This document shows positions 17,923 through 26,920 of a stretch of 64,000 nt of DNA, piece by piece (position 1 is the first letter of the stretch; each line of letters begins with the position of its first letter). Under the pieces are notes generated by a model, which saw only the letters and a list, made by a program, of their open reading frames with translations, had not been told where the DNA came from and made no database searches. A program made the translations under genes and the position numbers. This DNA is from an uncultured Lachnospiraceae bacterium (GTDB lineage Bacteria > Bacillota > Clostridia > Lachnospirales > Lachnospiraceae): assembly GCA_937920345.1 (NCBI GenBank), contig CALGVA010000031.1, positions 8,824 through 72,823 on the forward strand, given 5' to 3'.

Positions 17923-19041
17923 TCACTCACGCTCTTCTGTTGGCGCATAATCTTCGTTCGCGATCCGCCTGGCTATTGTCTGCCTCGCCGTCTCCATCTC
18001 ACTCTGCCATCTTGTATACGCCTCATCCCAGGAGGCGTATGCCGCTTCCCCGCGCTTATCTGTAAATTCATAATATGTCTGCAGATACGTCTGCAGGAAA
18101 TCCGTGCACTTCTCCGCCCCGACCGCATTCGTATGACTGCCGTAATCCGCGAAGTCCTCCTCGTAAATAATTCCGATTTCCTCGTAATAATTATTCATAT
18201 TCAGGAAACGGTATCCCTCAGCGGTCACGATCGCTTCCATATAATTATACATCTGCTGGTCTTCTAACGATTCCCCGTAAGGCGACACGACAAACAGCGC
18301 GTCATGCCCGCCCTGCTGCAGATACTCCAGCAGATCCCGCAGATATGACTCCTGCTCCGCCGGAATCGGCTTTGTGCCTTCCATCCCGCCGCAGTCCGGC
18401 ATAGGCATCGGTCCCACTTCATCTTTAAAGGTATAGCCTTTCAGCGGGTGCGGATTATGATAGGTCATATTCGCCCACTCCGAAGGAAGCGCCAGCATCT
18501 TCCAGTTGGTGTGATATTTCATAATATCCAGATAGAAGCTGAGTCTGCCCTCCTCGGTATCCTCCGGAACCATCGCCCGGATCGTCTCGTTCCTGAGCGC
18601 CGAGTAGCGCAGATTATCCGTCACGCCGCGGGTGTACGCCATGTTCTCGCGAAGTCCTGCATCCTCCATGGTAAACATTCGCATCTCGAAGATATACAGC
18701 GCGGGAGATTGTGTCTTCTCCGCTTCCTTCACCAGATATTTCATGGCAGCCGGACGCTGTACATTGGAAGACAGCGGATACATGGCTATGCCGCTCTCAC
18801 CCCAAAGCTTCGGCGCCGCATAGTAAGGGAAGACCGGACTGGAACCGATCATAATAATATCCAGTGTATCCCTCTTCTCCGCGTAAAATCCCGCGAAGCG
18901 GTCCTTCACGTCGCCGTTCGTCCGTACCATATAAGACACTGCAGTCAACAGCAGAAGGAAAATTGCAATAAAGCTGATCACCTGTAGGGCTGTCTTGACC
19001 GTATTCTGTTTTTCAGCGTTGGTTTGTTCATTCTGTTCCAT
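17923..19041 (-). CDS. N-terminally anchored extracytoplasmic protein, function unknown (possibly SGNH/DltD-like)
   Basis: A single N-terminal TM (VISFIAIFLLLLTAVSYMV) followed by a soluble domain. IIMIGSSP and DYGSHTN loosely recall SGNH-type blocks. This is only a weak resemblance. Confidence 0.4.
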   Translation of the reverse strand: MEQNEQTNAEKQNTVKTALQVISFIAIFLLLLTAVSYMVRTNGDVKDRFAGFYAEKRDTLDIIMIGSSPVFPYYAAPKLWGESGIAMYPLSSNVQRPAAMKYLVKEAEKTQSPALYIFEMRMFTMEDAGLRENMAYTRGVTDNLRYSALRNETIRAMVPEDTEEGRLSFYLDIMKYHTNWKMLALPSEWANMTYHNPHPLKGYTFKDEVGPMPMPDCGGMEGTKPIPAEQESYLRDLLEYLQQGGHDALFVVSPYGESLEDQQMYNYMEAIVTAEGYRFLNMNNYYEEIGIIYEEDFADYGSHTNAVGAEKCTDFLQTYLQTYYEFTDKRGEAAYASWDEAYTRWQSEMETARQTIARRIANEDYAPTEERE

Positions 19042-19042
19042 G

Positions 19043-20161
19043 CTATGACCTTTTCATAATCCCTTCGAAATACGCCTGCCACAACCGGTTCACCCGCTCC
19101 GGCGCCAGCCGCTCCTGAATCTTCATCGCCTCACGTCCGAGATTGTCGGCATATGCCGGATCTCCGAGCAGCCTGTCCATCGCCCGCTCCAGCGCCTGCT
19201 GATCGCCGGCCGGAATAATCAGTCCGTCCACACCGTCCGTCATCAGTTCCACCGTTCCGCCGCTTGGCACATCTGTTGCGATCACCGGCAGTCCGGTCGC
19301 CAGCGCTTCGATCAGCGCATTGGATACGCCTTCTGAATAGGAAGTAAGCAGGAAAAGAGCCGCACGTTCGATTTGCACCGCCACATCGGGGATCACACCC
19401 GGCAGTGATACGGCTCCGGACACCCCGAGTTCCCGCGTAAGGTTCTCCAGATATGTCCGCAGTTCTCCCTCCCCGTAGATCGTCAGGGTATACTCCGGAT
19501 ACCGGTCCCGGATCGCAGCAAATGCACGTATCATCATCTCATGGTTCTTATTGGCGTCCAGTCTGCCGACCGCAACGATCCGCCTATCCCGCTCGCCCTC
19601 ATATCTCGGTCTGATAAAATCAGGGTTCAGGGAGTTGGGCAGAATGACCGCTCGTCTCTGTACCTTCTTATTAAAGAAATACTTCGACCGTTCCGTCTGC
19701 AGCACGATACCGGCGGCGTGAGGAAACAACAGATTGGCAAGCCGCCGCATCAGTCTGCCCGGATATTCCTCCTTCGCCTCGCCTACCACCGACACCACCG
19801 GTCTGGTCTTCGTAAACATTGTAGTAACAACTGTCATGAAATTATTTTTCCCGATACAGGACAATACCAGATCGGGTTGTTCCTGCTTCCAGATCCGATG
19901 CAATTTGCGAACGCGATTGATAAAATTCAAAACTCGACTGTTATTTATTTCTTCCGGATTCAGATCGGAAAGCACCCGCCTGATTGCATCCGGAAGTCCG
20001 TATTCCTCTTCCTCCGGATATTGATATTGCGTGACCATTGTCACCCGGTATCCTTCTCCCAGAAAGAATTCTGCCAGATTTACGAAGACTCTTTCGGCTC
20101 CTCCCTTGTGCAGAGAGCCAATGTAGAAAGCAATATGTTTTTCTCTCTGATTCATTTTCAT
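19043..20161 (-). CDS. GT4-family glycosyltransferase
   Basis: HKGGAERVFVNLAEFF and TSYSEGVSNALIEALATGLPVIATDVPSGG. Confidence 0.8.
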   Translation of the reverse strand: MKMNQREKHIAFYIGSLHKGGAERVFVNLAEFFLGEGYRVTMVTQYQYPEEEEYGLPDAIRRVLSDLNPEEINNSRVLNFINRVRKLHRIWKQEQPDLVLSCIGKNNFMTVVTTMFTKTRPVVSVVGEAKEEYPGRLMRRLANLLFPHAAGIVLQTERSKYFFNKKVQRRAVILPNSLNPDFIRPRYEGERDRRIVAVGRLDANKNHEMMIRAFAAIRDRYPEYTLTIYGEGELRTYLENLTRELGVSGAVSLPGVIPDVAVQIERAALFLLTSYSEGVSNALIEALATGLPVIATDVPSGGTVELMTDGVDGLIIPAGDQQALERAMDRLLGDPAYADNLGREAMKIQERLAPERVNRLWQAYFEGIMKRS

Positions 20162-20194
20162 GCCTTTTGAATAAAATCCTTCATAATTTGACTT

Positions 20195-20239
20195 AAAAAA
20201 CCCGTTTTTGCATTTTTTCTTCTTTTTTCCTGCAAAAAC
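20195..20239 (-). terminator. weak hairpin plus T-tract inside the AT-rich island
   Basis: The minus strand reads GTTTTTGCA-18 nt loop-TGCAAAAAC, then GGG and TTTTTT. The stem is AT-rich and the loop is long. Confidence 0.25.
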
Positions 20240-20400
20240 TTTTTAAAATAACACTTTTATTAAATTTATGTTTATTTTTGGATTTTAAATTGCATCGACA
20301 ATTTATCCTGTTTTCTGACCGCTTATTTCTCCAAAAATCTTTATTTTATGGTGTTATTTTATCTTTTTTAGCATTCTGTAAGTTATATAACAGTTCTTCT

Positions 20401-22338
20401 TCACCCGTGATATGCCTGATACCATTGTTGAAATACGAAGAAGGACCATGTCAGTTTTGAGTAGTTTGCCCCCGTCGCCGGACCCGCATCTCCGGTCCTG
20501 ATATACTGCCTGATCATGTCCGAAACATATGCCGCATCGAAAATATCCTGCCGTTTCAAATAATCATAACTGCTGTAATCCATAAGCTGTTCCCGCAGCG
20601 GTCCCCGCAGCCATTTATCCAGCGGAACCCCGAATCCCACCTTGGGACGCTCCAACAGCTCCTTCGGAATATAATCATAAGCGATATCTTTCAGGATGTG
20701 TTTCTTATCGCCGCCGGCATATTTATATGCATGTGGAATCCGGTAAGACAATTCCATAACATCTGTATCCAGAATCGGGCAGCGCGTCTCCAGAGAATAT
20801 TTCATGGAAGCACGATCCACTTTACAGAGAATATCACCCGGAAGATATGTGTCCATGTCGAGAAGCATTCTCCTGATCTGCCAGTCCTTCACATGATAGG
20901 AGCTCTCCGTCGGATAGTGAACAGACAGCGGCTGTTCCTGCACGGCTGCTCCATTTCCCGCCCCCTGTGCGGCTGCCGGATCTGAAGAATACGCCCTGAC
21001 CATGGCCCGTGCTCTGGCCGGATAATTGCCTGCGCCGAACTGGGTCTTACTCTCTTTATCCCGGTTGCCCGCGATGACGCGCACTCTGAAAGGCAGCCTG
21101 TCCGCCATATGCATATGCTTTAACCCCGGCAGCCTGCATACACCGTATACAAGCGCTCCCAGCGCATCCAGCTTCTGCGCCTGCGCCACATTCTGATAGA
21201 TATTATAACCGCAGAAGAACTCGTCACCGCCGTCTCCCGACAGGGCTACCGTCACCTGCTCGCGCGCCAGCCTGGAGACCATCATCGTAGCGATCTGCGA
21301 GCTGTCCGCAAACGGCTCATCATAGTACGCCGGAATGCTTTCCACCAGATCAAACATATCCTGCTCGCCGATGTAAAGCTCCGTGTGGTTCGTCCCCAGA
21401 TAATCCGCCACGGCTCTGGCATATCCTGCCTCATTATACTTTTCTTCATGAAAACCGATGGAGAAAGTCTTCACGGGACTGTCCGAACACTCCTGCGCAA
21501 TGGCAGTAACCAGCGAAGAGTCGTAACCGCCGCTTAAGAAAGAACCGAGCGGCACATCCGCGATCATCCGGGCCTTTACCGACTTCTTGAGCGCCTCCTT
21601 GAGACACGCCTTCGCCTCCCCGTAATCTTTGAACGGGTTCTGCAGCGCTGCATGGTATACTTTACTGACATCCCAGTATTTCCATGTGTCGATCTGTCCC
21701 TGTGCATAGCGCAGAACCGCCCCCGGTTCCAGTTTATATACATTCTGATAGATGCTCTCGGGCGCATTGATATACTGCTGGAAAAGATACCTTGACAGCA
21801 CGCGCCGCTCGATCCTGCCCGTAAAGCCAGGGTACTTCATAATCGGCTTTAACTCCGAGGCAAATACCAGATTCTCATCTTCATACCAGTAATAAAGGGG
21901 CTTCTTGCCGATACGGTCACGCACCAGATAGACCTCGTTCGTCTCCCTGTCGAATAATGCAATCGCATACATTCCGTTAAAACGTTCCACGCACGTTATG
22001 CCCCATTTTAAATAGGCGGCTATGATGACTTCCGTATCACAGTTGGACCGGAAGGGATAGTCCGCCAATTCCTCTCTTAGTTCCCGATAATTATAGATTT
22101 CACCGTTGTAGACCACGCTGACCCGCTGATTGGCCGAATGCATGGGCTGATGCCCCAGCGCCGACAGATCCATAATCGACAGCCTGCGCTGCGCAAATCC
22201 GACCTGCCTGCCGCCCGTCATCTCATAGAGTTCCACGCCGCTGTCGTCAGGTCCTCTGTGATACATCGTATCGTTCATTTCCCGCAGCTGCTCTAATGCA
22301 ATATTTTTCTTACTGATATAACCGCATATTCCGCACAT
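20401..22338 (-). CDS. asparagine-synthase-family glutamine amidotransferase (AsnB-like paralog 2)
   Basis: Starts directly with MCGICGY. PP-loop SGGYDSS. Confidence 0.85.
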   Translation of the reverse strand: MCGICGYISKKNIALEQLREMNDTMYHRGPDDSGVELYEMTGGRQVGFAQRRLSIMDLSALGHQPMHSANQRVSVVYNGEIYNYRELREELADYPFRSNCDTEVIIAAYLKWGITCVERFNGMYAIALFDRETNEVYLVRDRIGKKPLYYWYEDENLVFASELKPIMKYPGFTGRIERRVLSRYLFQQYINAPESIYQNVYKLEPGAVLRYAQGQIDTWKYWDVSKVYHAALQNPFKDYGEAKACLKEALKKSVKARMIADVPLGSFLSGGYDSSLVTAIAQECSDSPVKTFSIGFHEEKYNEAGYARAVADYLGTNHTELYIGEQDMFDLVESIPAYYDEPFADSSQIATMMVSRLAREQVTVALSGDGGDEFFCGYNIYQNVAQAQKLDALGALVYGVCRLPGLKHMHMADRLPFRVRVIAGNRDKESKTQFGAGNYPARARAMVRAYSSDPAAAQGAGNGAAVQEQPLSVHYPTESSYHVKDWQIRRMLLDMDTYLPGDILCKVDRASMKYSLETRCPILDTDVMELSYRIPHAYKYAGGDKKHILKDIAYDYIPKELLERPKVGFGVPLDKWLRGPLREQLMDYSSYDYLKRQDIFDAAYVSDMIRQYIRTGDAGPATGANYSKLTWSFFVFQQWYQAYHG

Positions 22339-22368
22339 ATATTCTCCCTATGTTCCTGGCCGCACTGC

Positions 22369-23127
22369 TCAGCGCACATTTTTCTCACAGAAATACTCCC
22401 TGTATTCGCCGAAATCTTTACATTCATTATCCACGGATTGTACCAGTTCTATGTACTTCTCCTGCAGCAGATCCCTGTAATTATCAAAGTTGCCGCACCC
22501 CTTCTTACTCCACGCAAAAGGATGTGTCAGAATCTGTACTTTATCATAACTTGTGATATTTTTCTCATCCGGATATCCATAACGCCAGATATGATTCGCA
22601 TCGGACATATACTTTACCTGCAGCGGCGTTTCTTCGTCAATCCTGTCCGCAAATGTGAAGAAATCATCCTGATACGCGTTCAGAATGCCGTCCAGCTTGA
22701 TATTCTCCCGCAGCACGTCCTTGGATGGTCTGTGCACCGAGAACTCCGTAACCGCAAACCCGAACATCTCGCTTAAGATCTCCATCTCCTTCTGCACGCG
22801 GCTGCGGATCTGCTGCATATCCGTCATGCCGTTCAATGCGAAATGCAGACCGATGTGCTGTCCCCGCTCATGCATATCTTTGATCATATCCATATTTCTT
22901 CTGGAAAGAATATTATAGGTATTATTCGTCCACTGGAAAAAATACGTAGAGATAAAGTCCATGCTCTGCTCCACCTTCGCTAACTGATAGGCACGATCCA
23001 CACTGTATTCCACATCGTGCCGCATAATCACGAACCTGTCCCTGTGAAGCGCTTCCGCGTAATTGCAGTGCCTCCCCGTAGACTGTATGATTCTGATAAT
23101 TTCTCTGTAATCGTCATATGAAAACAT
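22369..23127 (-). CDS. polysaccharide-deacetylase-like (CE4-like) protein
   Basis: FVIMRHDVEYSVDRAYQLAKVEQSMDFISTYFF resembles the RHDVD...stfF block of deacetylase-like proteins in glycan loci. The ATG at 23127 is preceded by GAGGG. Confidence 0.4.
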   Translation of the reverse strand: MFSYDDYREIIRIIQSTGRHCNYAEALHRDRFVIMRHDVEYSVDRAYQLAKVEQSMDFISTYFFQWTNNTYNILSRRNMDMIKDMHERGQHIGLHFALNGMTDMQQIRSRVQKEMEILSEMFGFAVTEFSVHRPSKDVLRENIKLDGILNAYQDDFFTFADRIDEETPLQVKYMSDANHIWRYGYPDEKNITSYDKVQILTHPFAWSKKGCGNFDNYRDLLQEKYIELVQSVDNECKDFGEYREYFCEKNVR

Positions 23128-23179
23128 AATAACCCTCATTTCCGTGCAGCCTGTCAGTGCACAACTTGTAAAATCATGT

Positions 23180-23406
23180 AAGGCTGAACTGTTGTCACAA
23201 TTTCTCTTCTATTATATACGCAACCGGCGCGCAGGACAAGTTTATACTTACTCTCTCCGCCGTCTGTTGTAACAGCTCAGCCTTCGGCTTCACTGTCACT
23301 CCTGATGCACACAAAATGCTCCAAAGTCGCATTTTGGCGCTTTCACAACTCATAAAATCGCATACAGAGCGATTTTACTCGCGGAATAGTGCAAGGCTGA
23401 ACTGTT
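23180..23406. repeat. three copies of a 14-nt motif (two direct, one inverted) plus two 8-bp hairpins in a 275-bp spacer
   Basis: AAGGCTGAACTGTT occurs at 23180-23193 and 23393-23406. Its near reverse complement AACAGCTCAGCCTT is at 23271-23284. Hairpins are CAAAATGC-N9-GCATTTTG (23312-23336) and AAAATCGC-N7-GCGATTTT (23354-23376). Confidence 0.7.
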
Positions 23407-23414
23407 ACCGTCTG

Positions 23415-24530
23415 TTATCTTCCCCTGTCATATTTCCCGCACAGTTCCTCGATATAATCCCGCCACTGTGCAAAAACCGCCTGTCCGTTCGCCCGCCCGG
23501 CAATCCGCCGCGCCCTGCTGCCGAGCCGCTCAGCCAGCGCCGGGTCCTCGATCAGACGGTTGATCCCCTCTTCTAATGCCTGCTGGTCCTTAATCGGAAT
23601 CAGCAGCCCGTCTTCTTCGTGCGTCATAATCGTGCGCGGTCCGCCGCAGGGACAGTCTGTCGCGACGATGGGAAGTCCAAGCGCCATTGCTTCCATAAGA
23701 GCATTGGGCAGCCCTTCCCAATCCGAAGTAAACGCAAACAGTGCCGCATCTGCAAGTTCCTTCTCCAGATTATCGCTGGCGCCCATGAGATGAATATAAT
23801 TCTGCGCCCGAAATTCTTCGATCAGCCCTTCCAGAATCTCCTTTGTACCATCAAAAGAATCACCCCCGTAGATCTTCAGGTCATAATCCGGATGCTTCGC
23901 ATGTACATTGACAAAAGCGCGAATCAGCATAGGCTGGTTTTTGAAATCCACCAGTCTGCCCGACTGCACCACCGTCTTAGACCTTTTCTCAGGCGCCGGC
24001 ACACCGATATATTTATCATGAATGGGGTTAAGAATGATGCGGGAACAATCCTGCAGTCTGGGTGCGAAGAACGCTCTGGCACCCTCTGTCTGAAAGACAC
24101 AGCCGTCCGCCCGCGGAAACAGAATCGGAATCTGAATCCTGTCAGACCGCTCCTCATAGTGTCCCGCCGGATCGGTACGAACAGAGATCAGTACCGGTAT
24201 TTTGATAAAATATGCCGCCATAAGGCCTCTGTAGAGCGCTTTGCGCGCAAATGGAATCAGGATGTCCGGTTTCTCTTCCTTCAGAAATTTTCTCAGATAC
24301 TTCACACGGAGCATAAACTGCACAAGGCGATGCTTTTTCTCATCCCCCTCGCGCAGTCCCACATGAACGCGCCTTACCTCAGGCGCAATCTGAAATTCAT
24401 TCTCACCGTACCATTCCGTAGCAATGATGACCTGATAGCCTTCCTGCGCAAACTGATTCGCCAGATTCGTAACCACGCGCTCCGCGCCGCCCTGCTCCAG
24501 ACAATTTAAATGAAATACAATTTTTCTCAT
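23415..24530 (-). CDS. GT4-family glycosyltransferase
   Basis: NCLEQGGAERVVTNLANQF and FTSDWEGLPNALMEAMALGLPIVATDCPCGGP. The ATG at 24530 (M25) has AGGA 9 nt upstream and removes the overlap with the upstream gene. Confidence 0.8.
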   Translation of the reverse strand: MRKIVFHLNCLEQGGAERVVTNLANQFAQEGYQVIIATEWYGENEFQIAPEVRRVHVGLREGDEKKHRLVQFMLRVKYLRKFLKEEKPDILIPFARKALYRGLMAAYFIKIPVLISVRTDPAGHYEERSDRIQIPILFPRADGCVFQTEGARAFFAPRLQDCSRIILNPIHDKYIGVPAPEKRSKTVVQSGRLVDFKNQPMLIRAFVNVHAKHPDYDLKIYGGDSFDGTKEILEGLIEEFRAQNYIHLMGASDNLEKELADAALFAFTSDWEGLPNALMEAMALGLPIVATDCPCGGPRTIMTHEEDGLLIPIKDQQALEEGINRLIEDPALAERLGSRARRIAGRANGQAVFAQWRDYIEELCGKYDRGR

Positions 24531-24540
24531 TACTACAGTC

Positions 24541-25647
24541 CTACCCTTCCGCCCACGCCCGGATCTTCTCAATATAGGACTCCGCTGTATAGTCCGCGGC
24601 ACGCCTGCGCGCCATCTCCTGATAGTGCTTCATCTGATCCCCGTCTTCCAGCAGTTTGATGATTTCCTGTGCCAGATTACGTTCTTCCTGTGTGATATGT
24701 TTCGGATCGAAATCCGCATCGGGACACATATTCGGAATCATAATGCCGTACCGGTCTTCCAGAATCTCCCGCGGGCCTGTCATGCAGTCCGTGGCAATTA
24801 CAGGCAGTCCCATCGACATCGCCTCCACCATGGCATTGGGAAATCCCTCATAGTAAGATGTCAGCACATACATTGCACCTTTTTTCAGATAAGGATAAGG
24901 ATTCTTCTTAAGGCCGGTAAAATAAACGGCATCGTCAATCCCGAGCCCTGCCGACAGTTCTCTGTATGCCGTAAATTCCCCTTTACCGATGATCATAAGC
25001 TTCACATCCGGCAGCTTCTCATGCACCAGTGCAAAGCTTTTCAGAAGGTGCCAGAAACCCTTAACCGGGTCCTCACGCCCCATAGAGATGAGAATCCTTC
25101 CTTCACTCCAGGGCAGCTCCGCCTCCTCCTGTTCAGACAACTGCTTCACTTCCTTCATGTCGAAGGGATTCTGCAGCGTCACAGCTTTATTGCAGCGGTA
25201 TTTCTCCTGCACTTCACGGCAGATCGTCTCCGAACAGCAGATAACTCTGTCCGCACTCTTGCAGAACAGCCGAATCTTCCGTGGATTTCCCATATCCATA
25301 TAGCTTCTGATGCCAAGCCATCGACATGCGCCCCCGCCGGATGCAATATTCGCAAGATTTGCAGTCGGTCCGAAGCTGTAGGCGATATCGATCCCCTCCC
25401 GCTTCTTCAGGCTGCGCAGTTTGCTGCCCCGTTTCCATACATTGATGATCTTGCCGAGCCTGTCCGGACGGCTGGGCAGATGCAGATCCACCACATGGAT
25501 TCCCTTGATGTCATACGCTATGTTGCGGGAATCAAAGATTGCAATCTGCACGTCAAAATACGGCTGCATGAGTCTCGCAGTCGCCGCACACACTTTTTCT
25601 AATCCACCCTGATGTAAGGACGGCACGATCAATAACAGTTTCTTCAT
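24541..25647 (-). CDS. GT4-family glycosyltransferase
   Basis: PSLHQGGLEKV and LTSYYEGFPNAMVEAMSMGLPVIATDCMTGP. The track start at 25683 is TTG, so I used the first ATG (M13). Confidence 0.8.
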   Translation of the reverse strand: MKKLLLIVPSLHQGGLEKVCAATARLMQPYFDVQIAIFDSRNIAYDIKGIHVVDLHLPSRPDRLGKIINVWKRGSKLRSLKKREGIDIAYSFGPTANLANIASGGGACRWLGIRSYMDMGNPRKIRLFCKSADRVICCSETICREVQEKYRCNKAVTLQNPFDMKEVKQLSEQEEAELPWSEGRILISMGREDPVKGFWHLLKSFALVHEKLPDVKLMIIGKGEFTAYRELSAGLGIDDAVYFTGLKKNPYPYLKKGAMYVLTSYYEGFPNAMVEAMSMGLPVIATDCMTGPREILEDRYGIMIPNMCPDADFDPKHITQEERNLAQEIIKLLEDGDQMKHYQEMARRRAADYTAESYIEKIRAWAEG

Positions 25648-25679
25648 AAGCCTAATGTATCCTCTCTTCTTATACGGAT

Positions 25680-26858
25680 TCAAGTGATACCTGTCCGGTC
25701 GAACCCGGTGCAGTCTCCCGTGCGGTAAAATGTACGATATGCCGCCGCCTGTGTCTGCACATCAAATCCTGCTTCGCGCATGATCCGGTATGTGTTTCGC
25801 CGCTCATAATCCGCCGCCTCCGCTATGCACTCCGCCCAGATCCCGGCAGGCTGATCGATGCGCAGATACGTCACCAGATCAGTCGCCGCCGCTTCCCGCG
25901 TGACCGTATCGGACACGAAACATTTAAGCCCCGCCGCCTGCGCCTCCACCAGCACACCCGGCAGCCCTTCAAAATACGAAGGAAGCAGGAAAATATCCAT
26001 CGCCTGATAATATGCCTGCGGCTGTTTCTGATTACCGAGAAATCTGACCTTATCACTGATTCCCAGCTCGCCGCACTTCGCCCTTATGTGCTCCTGATCC
26101 GGTCCCTCTCCCAATAGCAGCAGCACCGCATCCTGTCTGATCTTACATAATGCTGCAAAGATATCGATCAGATAGGGATGATTTTTCTGATAGTTAAAGC
26201 GTCCCACATGACCGATCACAAGTTCATCCGTCAGCCCCAGACGTCCCCGCACCTGATCACGCAGTCCGGAATCATACGTAAAAGCCGCGGCGTCGATAGC
26301 GTTGTGGATAATCTTCACGCTGCCGGTCCGTACCGCCTCTTTACCGAATACGTCCTCTCCCGCGAGTGTAGAACAGGCAAAACAATAATCCGCCTTCCGC
26401 GCCAGTCCTCTCCGGAAGAACTTCGTCGCAATTCCTTTCATTCCCTTCTCCACGCCCGCATTTCTGGCGTGCGCCACCGTAACCGGGATACCGTAACGCT
26501 TAGCAACCGGCAGATAAATTCCTGCCGTACTGGTCATATGCCCCTGTACCACCCGAAACTCGTGATGCTTCCTGAAAAATTCCCGCACCGCCCTGTGATA
26601 AGTCAGGTAATTATATACTTTGAACCTGGGAAGCACATAAATCTGCCCGCCAAGCTTACGAATCTCCTCATCGTAAAACTGCGGTTTTCTTGCACGCACA
26701 TCACCACAAATGCCCCTGTTCACAGCTTCGCTGTGAACCAGAAAATCAAACTGGATTTCCTTCTGGTCCATCTGGCGGTATAGATCCATAATACGGCTCT
26801 CCGCGCCGCCAAGCCCGACGCCGCCGAGTACATGCAGAACGTGAATAGTTTCTGACAT
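25680..26858 (-). CDS. GT4-family glycosyltransferase
   Basis: LGGVGLGGAESRIMDL and LPSYFEGLPGVLVEAQAAGLKCFVSD. The start is uncertain (26894 or 26858). Confidence 0.8.
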   Translation of the reverse strand: MSETIHVLHVLGGVGLGGAESRIMDLYRQMDQKEIQFDFLVHSEAVNRGICGDVRARKPQFYDEEIRKLGGQIYVLPRFKVYNYLTYHRAVREFFRKHHEFRVVQGHMTSTAGIYLPVAKRYGIPVTVAHARNAGVEKGMKGIATKFFRRGLARKADYCFACSTLAGEDVFGKEAVRTGSVKIIHNAIDAAAFTYDSGLRDQVRGRLGLTDELVIGHVGRFNYQKNHPYLIDIFAALCKIRQDAVLLLLGEGPDQEHIRAKCGELGISDKVRFLGNQKQPQAYYQAMDIFLLPSYFEGLPGVLVEAQAAGLKCFVSDTVTREAAATDLVTYLRIDQPAGIWAECIAEAADYERRNTYRIMREAGFDVQTQAAAYRTFYRTGDCTGFDRTGIT

Positions 26859-26920
26859 AATCCTGCCTTTCTGTCCTTTATTTTTCAGTAACATCCGTTA
26901 CGATATTGTGCCGCCATACC

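Noticed and set aside
17908-17932. The GC-rich 9-bp hairpin at the end of the 372-aa exoprotein gene, as a rho-independent terminator.
   Set aside because: No T-tract follows it on the transcribed (minus) strand, and it overlaps the stop codon. I kept it only as a possible RNA-stability element.
23140-23414. The repeat-bearing spacer as a MITE or IS remnant.
   Set aside because: There are no terminal inverted repeats with target-site duplication, no transposase fragment, and the motif copies are only 14 nt. This cannot be fully excluded without a genome-wide repeat search, so it is reported as a regulatory or invertible-element candidate instead.
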